DNA of 64,000 nt from a virus (taxonomy: Duplodnaviria; Caudoviricetes): positions 58,745-122,744 of the IMG/VR virus record IMGVR_UViG_3300036797_000054. One strand, 5' to 3'. This document shows, one piece after another, positions 52,065 through 63,176 of this stretch (the stretch's first letter is position 1; every line of letters begins with the position of its first letter). The position numbers and the translations under genes were made by a program. The notes beneath the pieces were generated by a model that saw only the letters and a program-made list of their open reading frames with translations, searched no databases and had not been told where the DNA came from.

Positions 52065-55000
52065 ATTCCCCGTCGCATGAGGGGGACCACTGCACGGATA
52101 CGGGCCGCATGCGAGCAGATTGACTGGATGCTCGACGGTGATAGTCGCGGTGGGCGTGTCCCTACGTTGGAGGACGTGCGCATGTCGCTGATCGAGGCGC
52201 GCGATGCTGGCGGCGTCGAGGACTGCCTGTTCGGGCTGCGCAAGGCGCGCGACGACGCACGTCGCCTGTCGCGCGCAGCGCACGCGATGACGGTGCGCAT
52301 CAGCGAGGGCGTGCGCGCAGATGCTTTGCGCGGACTGAGCGGGGTCGAGCTGCCCGAGGAGTAGCGCTCGACCGTAAGCGTATGTACACTCGCCTGAACG
52401 AGTTGGAGGTGCGCAGTGGGCACGACCGTCGAGATCCCGGTAGTCAATCCGAGACAGAGCTGTATTTCCCCGGCGCGCTGACGGTGCGCGAGCTGCCCGA
52501 CGGACGCGTGATCGCCACGCGTCACCTGAGAGAGCTGCGCGCGCAGCGTCGTGCATCCCGTCGCATCCCGTCGCTTCGGGAGGGCCGATGAGGCTGTTCA
52601 CCGAGGAGGAGCTGCGGGGGATGCTGGCCGACGCGATCGAGCAGGCGTGGAACGCAGACGCCGACACGACCGTGGGTCAGATCACCGAGCGCGTACTGGC
52701 CGATCACCCGACCACATTCCCCCCTGACGAGCCCGTGTTCGTGCTGCGCGCAAGCGACACGTACGCCGAGACGGCCCTGCACGAGTACACCGTGCAGGGC
52801 GACCGGGAGTGCCACGATGAGGCGGCGAGGACGGTCGCGCAGTTCCTTGCCTTCGCTCGCGATCACCCCGAGCGCATGAGGGCCCCGGACTGATGGGCGC
52901 AGGAGCCGCACCGCTGATCGCCGCGCTGATCGAGCCCAGCGCCGAGCTCGCGCCCCTGCCCGCGCCAGCCGAAGTGCAAGTGCCCGGCGATGTGCGCCTG
53001 GAGCTGGACATCAGCCGCGCGTCCCATCGCCCCGGCTGGAACGCGCAGATCGTGTTCGTCATCAACGGCAAGAAGCACGGCGGACGCATCGAGGGCGTGG
53101 ACGACGCGGAGCTGCTGAAGTTCACGCACGCGGTAGGCGACTACCTGCACGCACTCGATACCCCCGAGCAGCCAAAGGACAAGGCATTCGCGACGCTCGG
53201 CATGGTGTTCACATGAGTTCGCTGGCAGAGCGAGCTGGGATGCGATCGCCGCGGCCGTATCCGCCGCGGCCGATGCGCCTGCGCGTGACGCTGTTCTGCT
53301 CCAACTGCCAAGCTCGGCTCGACGTACACGTCGGCCCGTGGGACATCAGGAACGTGCAGCACGAGTGCGATCCGGGCGGCGGCTCACCGACGGGCAGCGA
53401 GACGTTTCAGATCGAGTTCGATCCACGACGGGAGGTGTTCTGATGGACGTGCTGATGTGTTGCTACATCGACCCGGCTACGCAGGAGCCGTGCGACCAAG
53501 ACGGCGAGTTCGAGCTGACCGACGAGCTCGACCGTAGCGAGACGGCGGTTACGCATACCTGCACGCAGCACGTCGGGCCGATGCTCGGCCATCATCCCAG
53601 CATCGAGGTCAACGGCACCCAGGAATGGCGCGTGCGTGCGCTCACGGCGAGCTGATGGGCGTCTCGCTCAGTGGACTGGGCCTCCAGGTCGTCGGCGGCC
53701 GCCTGTGTGCGGACGGCCAGCCGCACGAAGCGCACACCGAGCTGCTGCGCCTAGCAGCCCAGCACGGCGAAGCAACCGGGCACTGCTTTCGGTGTCACGA
53801 GACGATCACGATCAAGCGAATGGAGGCGGCGGGTGACTGAGGTAGCAGAGGGTGCGAGGGTCACGCGACCGGCGGCGACATCACTGCCGACCGTCGGGCG
53901 CGAATACGAGGACACCGAGGGTCGCGTGCTGCGCGTCCACGGTGTGCGGCCAGGTGACCGTCTCGGCCGCGAAGTCGTCGGCACGCTGCGTGAGCGCGTG
54001 GGACTGCGCACAGACGCGCGCGAGGGCGCGACGATCTACGGCGAGTCGTGCGACTACTCCTGCACGATGGCGACGTGGGCCGACGTGTGGCGCGACAAAG
54101 CGCCGCGCTGTCACGGCGACGGGCACGAGGGCATCGTCTTCAAACCCTTGACCTATCCCGTCCACCACGGCGCTGTGCAGGGGATCGAGACGGGCATCGT
54201 CTACACGCACTGGGCACCCTGCCCAACCAACGGCGAGCCGATCCTGCTGCGCTCGGTGCCGCGCGAGGAGGCCCGTGGCGACGGCGAAGCATAATCACGC
54301 GGAGGGAGCGATCTGCGGCGAGACGTGCCCGCGTCGCGGCGAGCAGGAAGTTCGGCTGCACGAGGAGGCCGAGCTACGCCGTCGCCGCCGAGACACACTG
54401 GAGGAGCGCCAGCGAGCCAGCGAAGCCGACGCCGAACGCTACGCCAACGAGGGCGACGCGCTGATGAGCCTGGCGCACAGCGCGCTCGCCTACAACCTGC
54501 GCGAGCAGAGGCGCGAGATTGCCTGAGCAGCTTGCGCTCGATGTGGCGGCTGTACAAGTACGCTTGTACACCTGCTGTGGGCAGCCCGCGCCGCCGATCG
54601 CGGCCGAGCCGCCCCACTTCGATCACCCTCACGCCGAGGACTGCCCCAATCCCAACCTCGGCATTTGGTTCGACCGCTTCGGGCGCACCTACCACCGACT
54701 GCACTGCATCACGGTCGTGGACGGCGTTGAGACGTGCCCCTACGGCGGTCGCTTTCCGGCCAGCCCGCGCACGATCGACCCCCACGAGGGTCGCTGCTGC
54801 TTGGAGCTCCGTGGCTGAGCGCGTGATCATCGTAAACGCGCCCGAACAGGGCTACGATCATTTCAGCCGCGGTGACTGCCGCTCGATGGTGGGCCGTTCG
54901 TTCCCGATGGAGGACGCCAGCGGCCGCAAGACCGGCGAGGGGATCATCCGCAGGGCCGTACGGCTCGACCCCTACGGCCAGCGCGTGTCCTTGACGGTGG

Positions 55001-55070
55001 AGATCCCCGATCACCTGGCGAAAGGGCTGGAGACTGATGCGGGGCGCGTGTTCAACCCGATCGAGCGCTG

Positions 55071-55340
55071 ATGGCGCGCACGCCCAAGCGACGCATCAAC
55101 CTGCGCTTCGACCCGGACGTGCTCGCGGCTGTCGATGAGGCGGCACGTCGGCGAGGGCTCGACAGGACTGCCTACATGGAGCTGGTGTGCGCGAAGGAGA
55201 TCATCCGTGATGGGCCGCGGGACTTGGTGAGCGACGAGCTCGACCGCGTGATCTACAAGCACGTCATGGCTAGCGATCCGCCGACGGCGGCGCTATCGTC
55301 GCGCCCGCAAGCAATTGGAGGTGCGAATGCCGCCGTCTGA
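55071..55340 (+). CDS. ribbon-helix-helix (CopG-like) protein
   Basis: KRRINLRFDPDVLAAVDEAARRRGLDRTAY. Confidence 0.7.
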   Translation: MARTPKRRINLRFDPDVLAAVDEAARRRGLDRTAYMELVCAKEIIRDGPRDLVSDELDRVIYKHVMASDPPTAALSSRPQAIGGANAAV

Positions 55341-56598
55341 CGGCCGCGAGTCGAAGTCGCTGATCGACCCGACTCTGATGATGATCATGCAGCGCTATGG
55401 CGGTCGCTTCGCGCCGCAGGTGGTAGGCGCGCTGGCGCTCGCGCAGACCGCCGCGCCCGCGGTCAAATGGGCCTGGGCCAAGCTGACCGAGCGCGAGAAC
55501 TTCACCGTCAGCATCGCGGGCACCGACGACGTGTACACCGACCTGCACGAGTGGGTGCTGTCGCAGATGAGCGAGAACGATCGCAAGGCGCTCATCGCGA
55601 CTACGGCGCGCCCGTTCGAGGGGCGCGCCTACCACGAGAATGAGGATGTGCCCCCACCCACTGTGCGCCTGCTCTACGACGGCAGCCGAGAGCAACAGGT
55701 GAACCTCGACGGGCATGCCGTTACGGTCGGCATCAAGCGAGAAGAGATCCCCGGCGGAAGCGCGCGCGTGCCCGAGAACTGGCAACGACTGATCGAGACG
55801 ATCATGTTCACATCGAAGACGCCAGCGGGGCGTGACGCAATCATCGCCATGATTGCGCGCCTCGCGCAGGCGAAGTCCGCAACGCCCGGGCCACCGCCGT
55901 TGTATATCCCCTCGAAATGGGGCGGGGATTGGAATAGGAGGCGCGATCTGCCACCACGCTCGCTCAATAGCGTGGTGCTAAAGGATGGCCAGCTTGAGCG
56001 CCTGTGCGATGACCTCACGACGTTCCTGCACTCGGAGGAGCAGTATGCCGCTGACGGCCAGCCGTGGCACCGAGGCTACCTGTTCCATGGAGCGCCCGGC
56101 ACCGGCAAGACGAGCCTCGCGCGCGCTCTTGCCGCCGAGCACGGGATGCCGACGTTCTACCTGCCGCTGGGCGACCTCGAAAAGGATGCGGACCTGCTCG
56201 CGCTAGTCAGCGAGGTGCCACCGCGATCAATGCTGTTGCTGGAGGACGTGGACACTGCTCATGCCACTACCGAGCGGACCGACGAGGTGAGCAAGTCATC
56301 AGTCGCCGCGATGTTGAACGCGCTCGATGGCATCTGGACGCCGCACGGCATGATCACGGTGATGACGACGAACAACCGTGATGCGCTAGATGGCGCGCTG
56401 ATCCGCGAGGGACGCATCGACGTGGACGAGGAGTTCACCGAGCTGGATGCTTCACAGGCGACTAGGCTGGCCGAGTGGCTTCAGCGCGGGCGCGAGCGAC
56501 ATGTGGAAATCAACCCCGAGGACTTCGCGGGCAAAAGCCCAGCAGCGATGATCCAAACATTCAGGAGGACCGATGAACAACACCGGACAGCAGCGTAG
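55327..56598 (+). CDS. BCS1-like AAA ATPase
   Basis: PWHRGYLFHGAPGTGKTS, LLLEDVD, LNALDG, MTTN..DALD.ALIR.GRID. Confidence 0.88.
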   Translation: MPPSDGRESKSLIDPTLMMIMQRYGGRFAPQVVGALALAQTAAPAVKWAWAKLTERENFTVSIAGTDDVYTDLHEWVLSQMSENDRKALIATTARPFEGRAYHENEDVPPPTVRLLYDGSREQQVNLDGHAVTVGIKREEIPGGSARVPENWQRLIETIMFTSKTPAGRDAIIAMIARLAQAKSATPGPPPLYIPSKWGGDWNRRRDLPPRSLNSVVLKDGQLERLCDDLTTFLHSEEQYAADGQPWHRGYLFHGAPGTGKTSLARALAAEHGMPTFYLPLGDLEKDADLLALVSEVPPRSMLLLEDVDTAHATTERTDEVSKSSVAAMLNALDGIWTPHGMITVMTTNNRDALDGALIREGRIDVDEEFTELDASQATRLAEWLQRGRERHVEINPEDFAGKSPAAMIQTFRRTDEQHRTAA

Positions 56599-56693
56599 CG
56601 CCGGGCGCATCTTCGCCGGGATGCTCGGCGGCGCGCTTATCGACATGGCGATCCTCAGCCTCGCGCATCGCGCGTGGCGTGAGCTGCGGCGAC

Positions 56694-56758
56694 TTGCATA
56701 GAGCAACCGAACGCTGCTATACTCCATCGGGCAACCGACTGATGGAGGTAGACGATGG
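56694..56758 (+). promoter_or_regulatory. promoter with inverted operator and 31-nt repeated leader
   Basis: TTGCAT-N18-TATACT; CGAACGCTGC in the spacer. Confidence 0.7.
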
Positions 56759-57023
56759 ACCGAGGGATTCCGGCGCGAGACAAGCGCCGCCGCCTGCGCG
56801 GCCTCTTGCTCGCCGTCGTTCTGCTGTGGGGCGGCCTGTGCATGCTCGGCAAAGTGGCGATCGGCCACTACGCGCCGGATTCGTTCCCGCTGCTGTACGT
56901 GGCGGGGCTTCTCACGGCCGTCACCGCGCTGGTCGCCGTTGACCGCGTAGCTGTGATCGCACGCCGCGAGCGCCGACACCCGCGCACGCGCCGCGCTCGT
57001 CGTCAGGCTCGGCAGGTGGCGCT

Positions 57024-57998
57024 GTGAGCCACGGGTGGGATGCAGCGCTCGACGCGCAGACCGCGCTCGTGCATAGCTACCGCACGCTGCGCGGGCAGGA
57101 ATACATGAGCGATTTCGTTAAGCAGTTGCTCGAAGCGCCGCGGTGGGACGACGACACCGAACGGATGATTCCGCGCAGCGATGATCGCGAGCGCCCGATC
57201 GAGGCGCTTACCTCGCAGCTCCAGGGCGTCATGGCGCACACCGAGCAAGGTGACCCCGTGTGGGTTTCAAGCGACGTGCTTGATCTTGTCGAGGTCGCGG
57301 CCGAGTCTTTCGAGCCAGAGCCGATCTACAGCGATGACGTGTTCATCCCCGGCGGCTTCTGCTTGTTCGAGCGACCGCTGAGGTTCACCGATTCCTATGG
57401 GCGCAAGACGGCCTATCGCGCGGTGCAGTGGGGGCCGTTCACGCAGAGGAGACTGGACGACGACAACGGACCGACAGGAGTGCACCGCGAGGGGCTGATG
57501 CTCGCGCTGTTTGGGCACCGCGAAGACCCGGACGACCACTGGAGCAACGACGAGCGCCCGATGCCGCTGATCGGCGGTAGTCCCCTGGCGCTCAACCACA
57601 TGGTGCCCGTCGTCCTGGGAGACGACCTCGGCAGCGAGCCCGCGTTCCACCGGATGATGAAGCACATCCAGGTGCTGTGGCGGCTCGCCCAACAGGAAAT
57701 CACCGTGCCGGGCCGCGAGCGCGTCTCCCGGCCGACGTGGAAGCGCGCGGCGAGCTGGCGGCAGATCAAAGAGGTCGTGGTTCTGCGCCTGCGCCGAGCT
57801 CACGCAAGGGACTATGAGGGCGACGAGCGAGACGTTGAGTGGTCGCACCGCTGGATGGTGAGCGGCCACTGGCGCAACCAGCCGTACAAGATCAACGGCG
57901 AGACGGTGCATCGGCAGATTTGGATCGCGCCCTACGTCAAGGGTCCCGAGAGCAAGCCGCTCGTGATCAAGAAGCGCGCCGTGGAATTCGTCCGATGA
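57024..57998 (+). CDS. hypothetical phage protein
   Basis: C-terminal HRW.VSGHWRNQ...WIAPYVKGP. Confidence 0.65.
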   Translation: MSHGWDAALDAQTALVHSYRTLRGQEYMSDFVKQLLEAPRWDDDTERMIPRSDDRERPIEALTSQLQGVMAHTEQGDPVWVSSDVLDLVEVAAESFEPEPIYSDDVFIPGGFCLFERPLRFTDSYGRKTAYRAVQWGPFTQRRLDDDNGPTGVHREGLMLALFGHREDPDDHWSNDERPMPLIGGSPLALNHMVPVVLGDDLGSEPAFHRMMKHIQVLWRLAQQEITVPGRERVSRPTWKRAASWRQIKEVVVLRLRRAHARDYEGDERDVEWSHRWMVSGHWRNQPYKINGETVHRQIWIAPYVKGPESKPLVIKKRAVEFVR

Positions 57999-58332
57999 GC
58001 ACCGAGGCGAACTACCCCGGACGCGCTGGACAGATGTTCGCCGCCGACGGCAACACGATCGTCCTGCAAACGAGTCGGCCTCCCGCTGTGATCGCCCGCG
58101 ACGGAGAGGACTGCACGATCAGCGCCGAGGCACTGGATGATCTTGGGCGCGCGACGCAGCAGTGGACCCTCTCGCGCATCATGCGTAAGCTGGAGGCGAC
58201 CGGCAAGACAGCCCACGCCGTCAAGCTTGAAGTAACCGTGCGTCTCGATGGCGAGGAGGGCGAGCCGGACACCCCGCTGCGATTGGTACTGCCGATCGAC
58301 GGGTCCACACGAATCGACCTGGGAGGTGCGAA

Positions 58333-59649
58333 GTGAGCGTGAGAACGATGAAAGTCGCGATCCGTGGCGACGTGGATGAGAAGGCGATCGCGCAGCTCGA
58401 ACGCTGCGCCCGCGCTGGCCGCGCCCCGCTGGCCGCGCAGATGGCCGACGGGCACTACGGCTACTCCATGAGCATCGGGGGGGTGATCGGCTTCCGCGAG
58501 TACGTCTCGCCGTCCTCGGTGGGCTACGACATCGGCTGCGGCAACAAGGCTGTGCTGACGAACTTGACCGTTGGCGAGATCGATGGCGACGTTGGACGCA
58601 TCATGGACGAGATCACCAAGCGCATCGACTTCGGCGGAGGGCCGGGCTACAAGCCGACTGCGGAGCGCGCCGATCATCCGGTGCTCGATGAGATCCGCGA
58701 GGCCGACTACGTGCCCCAGCGCGCGCTCGCCGAGCTCGCCGCAGCCCAGCTCGGCTCGATCGGGGGCGGCAACCACTACGTGGACCTGTTCGCCGACGAG
58801 CACGGCCGCGTGTGGGTCGGCGTGCACTTCGGCTCGCGCGGCTTCGGCCACCGCACCGCCGAGGAATTCCTGACGCTCGGCAAGACGCTCGACATCAACC
58901 GCGAGAACAGCGAGGACATGGACTCGCCTCCGACGCTGCTGCCCATCGAGTCCGGCCTGGGACAGTCCTACGTCGCGGCGATGGAGCTCGCAGGGCGCTA
59001 CGCCTACGCCGGTCGCGATGTTGCGGTCCAGCGCGTGCTCGGCATCCTCGGGGCCGAACCGCTGCACGAGGTCCACAACCACCACAACTACGCCTGGCAC
59101 GAGCAGCACGAAACCGACACCGGCCTGGAGATGCTGTGGGTCGTGCGCAAGGGCGCGACGCCAGCGTTCCCAGGGCAGGAAGGCTTCGTGGGCGCGACCA
59201 TGGGCGAGCCGAGTGTGATCCTCGCTGGCAAGGGCGGCCCGGCCGCATCCATGCTGATGTTCTCCACCGTGCATGGCGCTGGCCGCGTGATGAGCCGTAC
59301 GCGCGCCGCGGGTAAAACGCGCAAGCGCTGGACGTGCAACACTCGCGACTGCAACTGGTTCCAGCCGCCGCGAACGCACAAGCCCGAGGCGTGCCCGTCC
59401 TGCGGCAACACGAGCATGACCAAGCGCTTCGTGAAAATCAGCGAGGGCGAGATCGACTGGTCGCAGACGCTGGCCGGTCTGCGCGCGAGCGGCATCGAGC
59501 TGCGCGGCGGCGCGGCCGACGAGGCACCCCTGGCCTACAAGCGCCTCGATCAGGTGCTCGACGCCCACTCCGACACGATCGAGATCCTGCACACACTGAC
59601 GCCTCTCGGCGTGGCGATGGCGGGTTCGGAGATCGCGGCCGATGACTGA
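58333..59649 (+). CDS. rtcB: RtcB-family RNA ligase with Zn-ribbon insertion
   Basis: DGHYGY, GYDIGCG, GSIGGGNHY, VHFGSRG, HNHHN, RKGAT, HGAGR, DEAPLAYK. Confidence 0.95.
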   Translation: MSVRTMKVAIRGDVDEKAIAQLERCARAGRAPLAAQMADGHYGYSMSIGGVIGFREYVSPSSVGYDIGCGNKAVLTNLTVGEIDGDVGRIMDEITKRIDFGGGPGYKPTAERADHPVLDEIREADYVPQRALAELAAAQLGSIGGGNHYVDLFADEHGRVWVGVHFGSRGFGHRTAEEFLTLGKTLDINRENSEDMDSPPTLLPIESGLGQSYVAAMELAGRYAYAGRDVAVQRVLGILGAEPLHEVHNHHNYAWHEQHETDTGLEMLWVVRKGATPAFPGQEGFVGATMGEPSVILAGKGGPAASMLMFSTVHGAGRVMSRTRAAGKTRKRWTCNTRDCNWFQPPRTHKPEACPSCGNTSMTKRFVKISEGEIDWSQTLAGLRASGIELRGGAADEAPLAYKRLDQVLDAHSDTIEILHTLTPLGVAMAGSEIAADD

Positions 59650-59658
59650 GCTATCCGC

Positions 59659-62269
59659 ATGAGCGTCGTTATGCAGATCATCTCGCTGGCGAATGGCGAG
59701 CCGTCACCATTCGACGGCAAGTTCCTCGCGGAGTACGACCCTGATCGCCAGGGCGTCGATCCGAGCGGCCTGCGGACGCTCGCGCATGTCGTCGTGACCG
59801 CGGACCCGGACGAGGCGATCATGTTCGAGGACGCTGGCGAGGCGATGGAAACCTGGAAACGGGTGAGCAAGCGCTGGCCGACGCGCCCATTCGATCATCA
59901 GCCGAATCGGCCGCTGACGGCGTTCAGCGTGCAGGTCAGACGATTGGAGGACGCGCGTGGCGAGTAGCACTACCGACTGGCCGCGTTGCCCTTTGTGTGG
60001 ACTGCCAGCGTCGGCGGCGTCGGCGCAGCGCGTGACTCACAAGCCAGAGGCGATGCGGCCGCCCTACGACACCAAGGGCGTCGTCACGTTCGAGTGCGAC
60101 CGGCATCCGATCACTCAGCCGCTCGTCTACTTTAACGCCGACGGCCAGCAAGTCGGCGGGCCGCCAGCAGCCATCACGATCAAGGGAGGCATCCTGTGAG
60201 CACACTGACGGCGAACTTCCGATTCGCCTACGGCACAAAGCTGAGCGATGGGCAAGAGGAAGCGCTGAACGCGATCCTCGACAAACCGATCGAGCGCGAC
60301 GAAGGCGAGGAGGCCCTAAAGAAACCTGCCGCCGAGCGCGAAGTTCGCTCGTACGTGAACTACGAAGGGCCGTTGGAGGACGTGCTGACGATCCTCGGGG
60401 GGAAAGCCGCCATCGAGGTAGCCGGTATCGGCGACCCGCGGCCGCTGATCGACTTGCGCGATCAGATCATGGGACGCTTTGGCGAGTTCGAAGATCGAAT
60501 GACACGCAACGCCGTGCACCAGGACGAGTACGTCAACCGGCGGCTCGATGTGCACGTACCGGGCATCGGGCTGCTGCTCTTGGACGAGGTGCAGTTGCTC
60601 GAAGATGGCTGCACCGACATGCTCAACGACCGCCTGAGCAAAGGCTGGCGCATCATCGCGGCCTGCCCGCAGCCCGACCAGCGGCGGCCGGACTACATCC
60701 TCGGCCGCGTGGCACCTGCGACATGACGGCCACGACCGTCTCGCTGCCGCGATGCCAAGTACGCGCGGCTGCGCCCGCGTGCGGCCATTTGGTTGCACCG
60801 GATTCGTCAGGGCCTGAGAAACCATCCTGCGACTGCGCCATCATGCGCCGCACTACAACAGGAGGTGCATGATGGCCGAGAAGATCGGAGGGAGCGGGAT
60901 CGTTGATCTCGGCTCGCTGCGCGACAGGCGCGAGGGCGAGCAAGAGGGAGAGGCGCTGGAGCGCATCCTGGGGCACGCGTTCTACGCCAACGACGCAAAG
61001 GTCAGCCTCGACCCCAACGGCACCGTCACGCTGGAGTTCTTCTTCCGCAACAACCAGCGCGAGTACGACCCCGTGACCGTCTCGATCCCGGTCGGCATCT
61101 TTATGGAACTGGCCGGGCTTGCCCCCCAGGTGATGGAGGAGGTCCGCAGCCAGATGGCAGCCCAGCAGCAGCGCGCAGCCCAGCGCGGGCAGTCGCCGTC
61201 GAGTATGGGCGAGGCGCGCGCGTTGCGCGACCGGGGCTGATGCCGAACGCGCCGACACCACCCCCTGCTGCGCAAGAGCGAAGCGTCTCGCTCCCGGTCA
61301 AGGTGGTCGAGAATGCCCATCGCGCGCTCGTCGCCGCGCTGCGCCTCGCATCGAGCCACGATGCTGTCAACGCGGCGCTGTCCGCAGCCGATCGCCCGCA
61401 GCCGAGCCCCCTGTCTCAGCAGATCAACTCGGCGCTCGCGGGCCTCGCTGGGCACGGCGAGAGCGCCGCGCCAGAGGAGCGCGCCGACCAGCACACGTTC
61501 ACGCTCGATCAGCTCAACGAGCCGTTCGTCGGCCGCCTGCTGCTGGAGCGCGGCTGGCAACAGGCGCAGATCGTCGTCGGCTCCGCACAGGGCGAGGCGC
61601 TGGCCCGCAGGATGCTTCACGGCCTGCCGCCCGACTCGCACGTCTCCGGGCGCGTGCGCCTCGCACCGTTGAGCGGCGGCAACCGAGTCGAGCAGCGCGA
61701 CGGATGGACGCTGCGCGAACTGTGAGAACACGCGTCAACCGGCTTGTCGAGCGATGCGCGATCATCAATCGCGCGTTGCAGGCGCTTGCGCACGACATGC
61801 CGCTCACGATCAACGGCCAGCCGCGCGGCAAGCTGAGGATGATCGCCAACGATCATTTGCCGCGGCGCGAGTGGGACGAGGGCGGCTCGACCATGCGGCT
61901 CGTGTTCACCGACGACAGCTCGATCCCCGGCGAGGACGTGCGCTCGATCGAGCGCACCGCGGCGTGAGCGCGACCGTGCGACCCTGGCTGCCCGCGCGCG
62001 ACTACATCGTCGGCGACAAGCGTTTATGGGAGGGGGTCGTGCTGGTCTGCTGCATCGACCACAGCGCTCTACCCGATCACGTACATCCGTGGGCCGCAGG
62101 CGCGATCTTCGCATTCAAGAAGGCCGCCGCGCTGTGGGCACCGGCCGGTGAGCCCGAGGCATCCAAGCTCCGCGAAATCGCAAAATTTCGCAAAGGCGAC
62201 CTGCGCGATCTTGCGCTCGCCGCTGCCGGTCCGCAGCGCCTCGGCGGCGAAGCGGGCCTCGCTGCTTGA
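59659..62269 (+). other. run of small hypothetical ORFs
   Basis: 59659-59967, 59957-60199, 60196-60726, 60869-61240, 61240-61725 and others, coupled. Confidence 0.55.
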
Positions 62270-62345
62270 CGCGCACGCGGCAACAGCACGCAGGCGTACA
62301 CTCCGCAGAGTCGTGACCGATCAACATTCGACTCGGAGGTAATCC

Positions 62346-63176
62346 ATGGGAGAGCTGACGGTCGTGCGCAACAAACTGATCACACCGCGCACGAACAAGG
62401 GAATGGGCTGGCGAGGCGTGCTGCCGGACCATCGCGATCACATCGCCGACACCTCGGGCATCAAGGTGCTGACCGAGGTCGATCCGCGCGCCGACATGCC
62501 GTCGATCTACGACCAGCTCCAGCTCGGCTCGTGCACCGCAAACGCCGACAAGCGCGTCTTCGAATACGACCGCCTGATCCGCGGCCTCGATCTCGCTGAC
62601 GTGTCTCGCCTGGCGATCTACTGGCTGGAGCGCTGGCTGGAGGGCAGCTCGGCCAAGGAAGACACCGGCGCGTACGGACGCGACGGATTCAAGGCGCTCC
62701 AGAAGATCGGTGCGCCGACCGAAGGGGAGTGGAGCTACACGGACGACACCTCCAACCCGCACTTCTACGAGGACCCCCGCCAGGAGCTGCCCGCGACGGA
62801 CTTCATCAAGCTCGACGGCACGTACAAGGTCGTGCCCCAGGCGCTGGAGCAGTTCCAGGCGGCGCTCTCGAACAAGCAGATGATCAGCGTGGGCGCGACG
62901 CTGTACGAGTCCTTCGAGAGCCCCGAAGTCGCCAAGACGGGCATCGTCCCGACGCCGGGCAAGGACGAGGAGGTCATCGGCGGCCACCAGTTTGTCGTCA
63001 TCGGCTACCTCAAAGACGAGCCGCACTACGGCCTGTGCGCCAACTCGTGGGGCAGCCGCAAGACCGACGGCACCGAATGGGGCATCGACGCCGAAGGGTG
63101 TTTCCTGATGCCGTGGACGTACCTGCTCAACCCGCGCCTGGTGTCCGACTGCCGGACGATTCCGCACGCGGCATGA
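62346..63176 (+). CDS. papain-like (C1) cysteine peptidase
   Basis: DQLQLGSCTAN, GGHQFVVIGY and ANSWG catalytic motifs; no signal peptide seen. Confidence 0.9.
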   Translation: MGELTVVRNKLITPRTNKGMGWRGVLPDHRDHIADTSGIKVLTEVDPRADMPSIYDQLQLGSCTANADKRVFEYDRLIRGLDLADVSRLAIYWLERWLEGSSAKEDTGAYGRDGFKALQKIGAPTEGEWSYTDDTSNPHFYEDPRQELPATDFIKLDGTYKVVPQALEQFQAALSNKQMISVGATLYESFESPEVAKTGIVPTPGKDEEVIGGHQFVVIGYLKDEPHYGLCANSWGSRKTDGTEWGIDAEGCFLMPWTYLLNPRLVSDCRTIPHAA

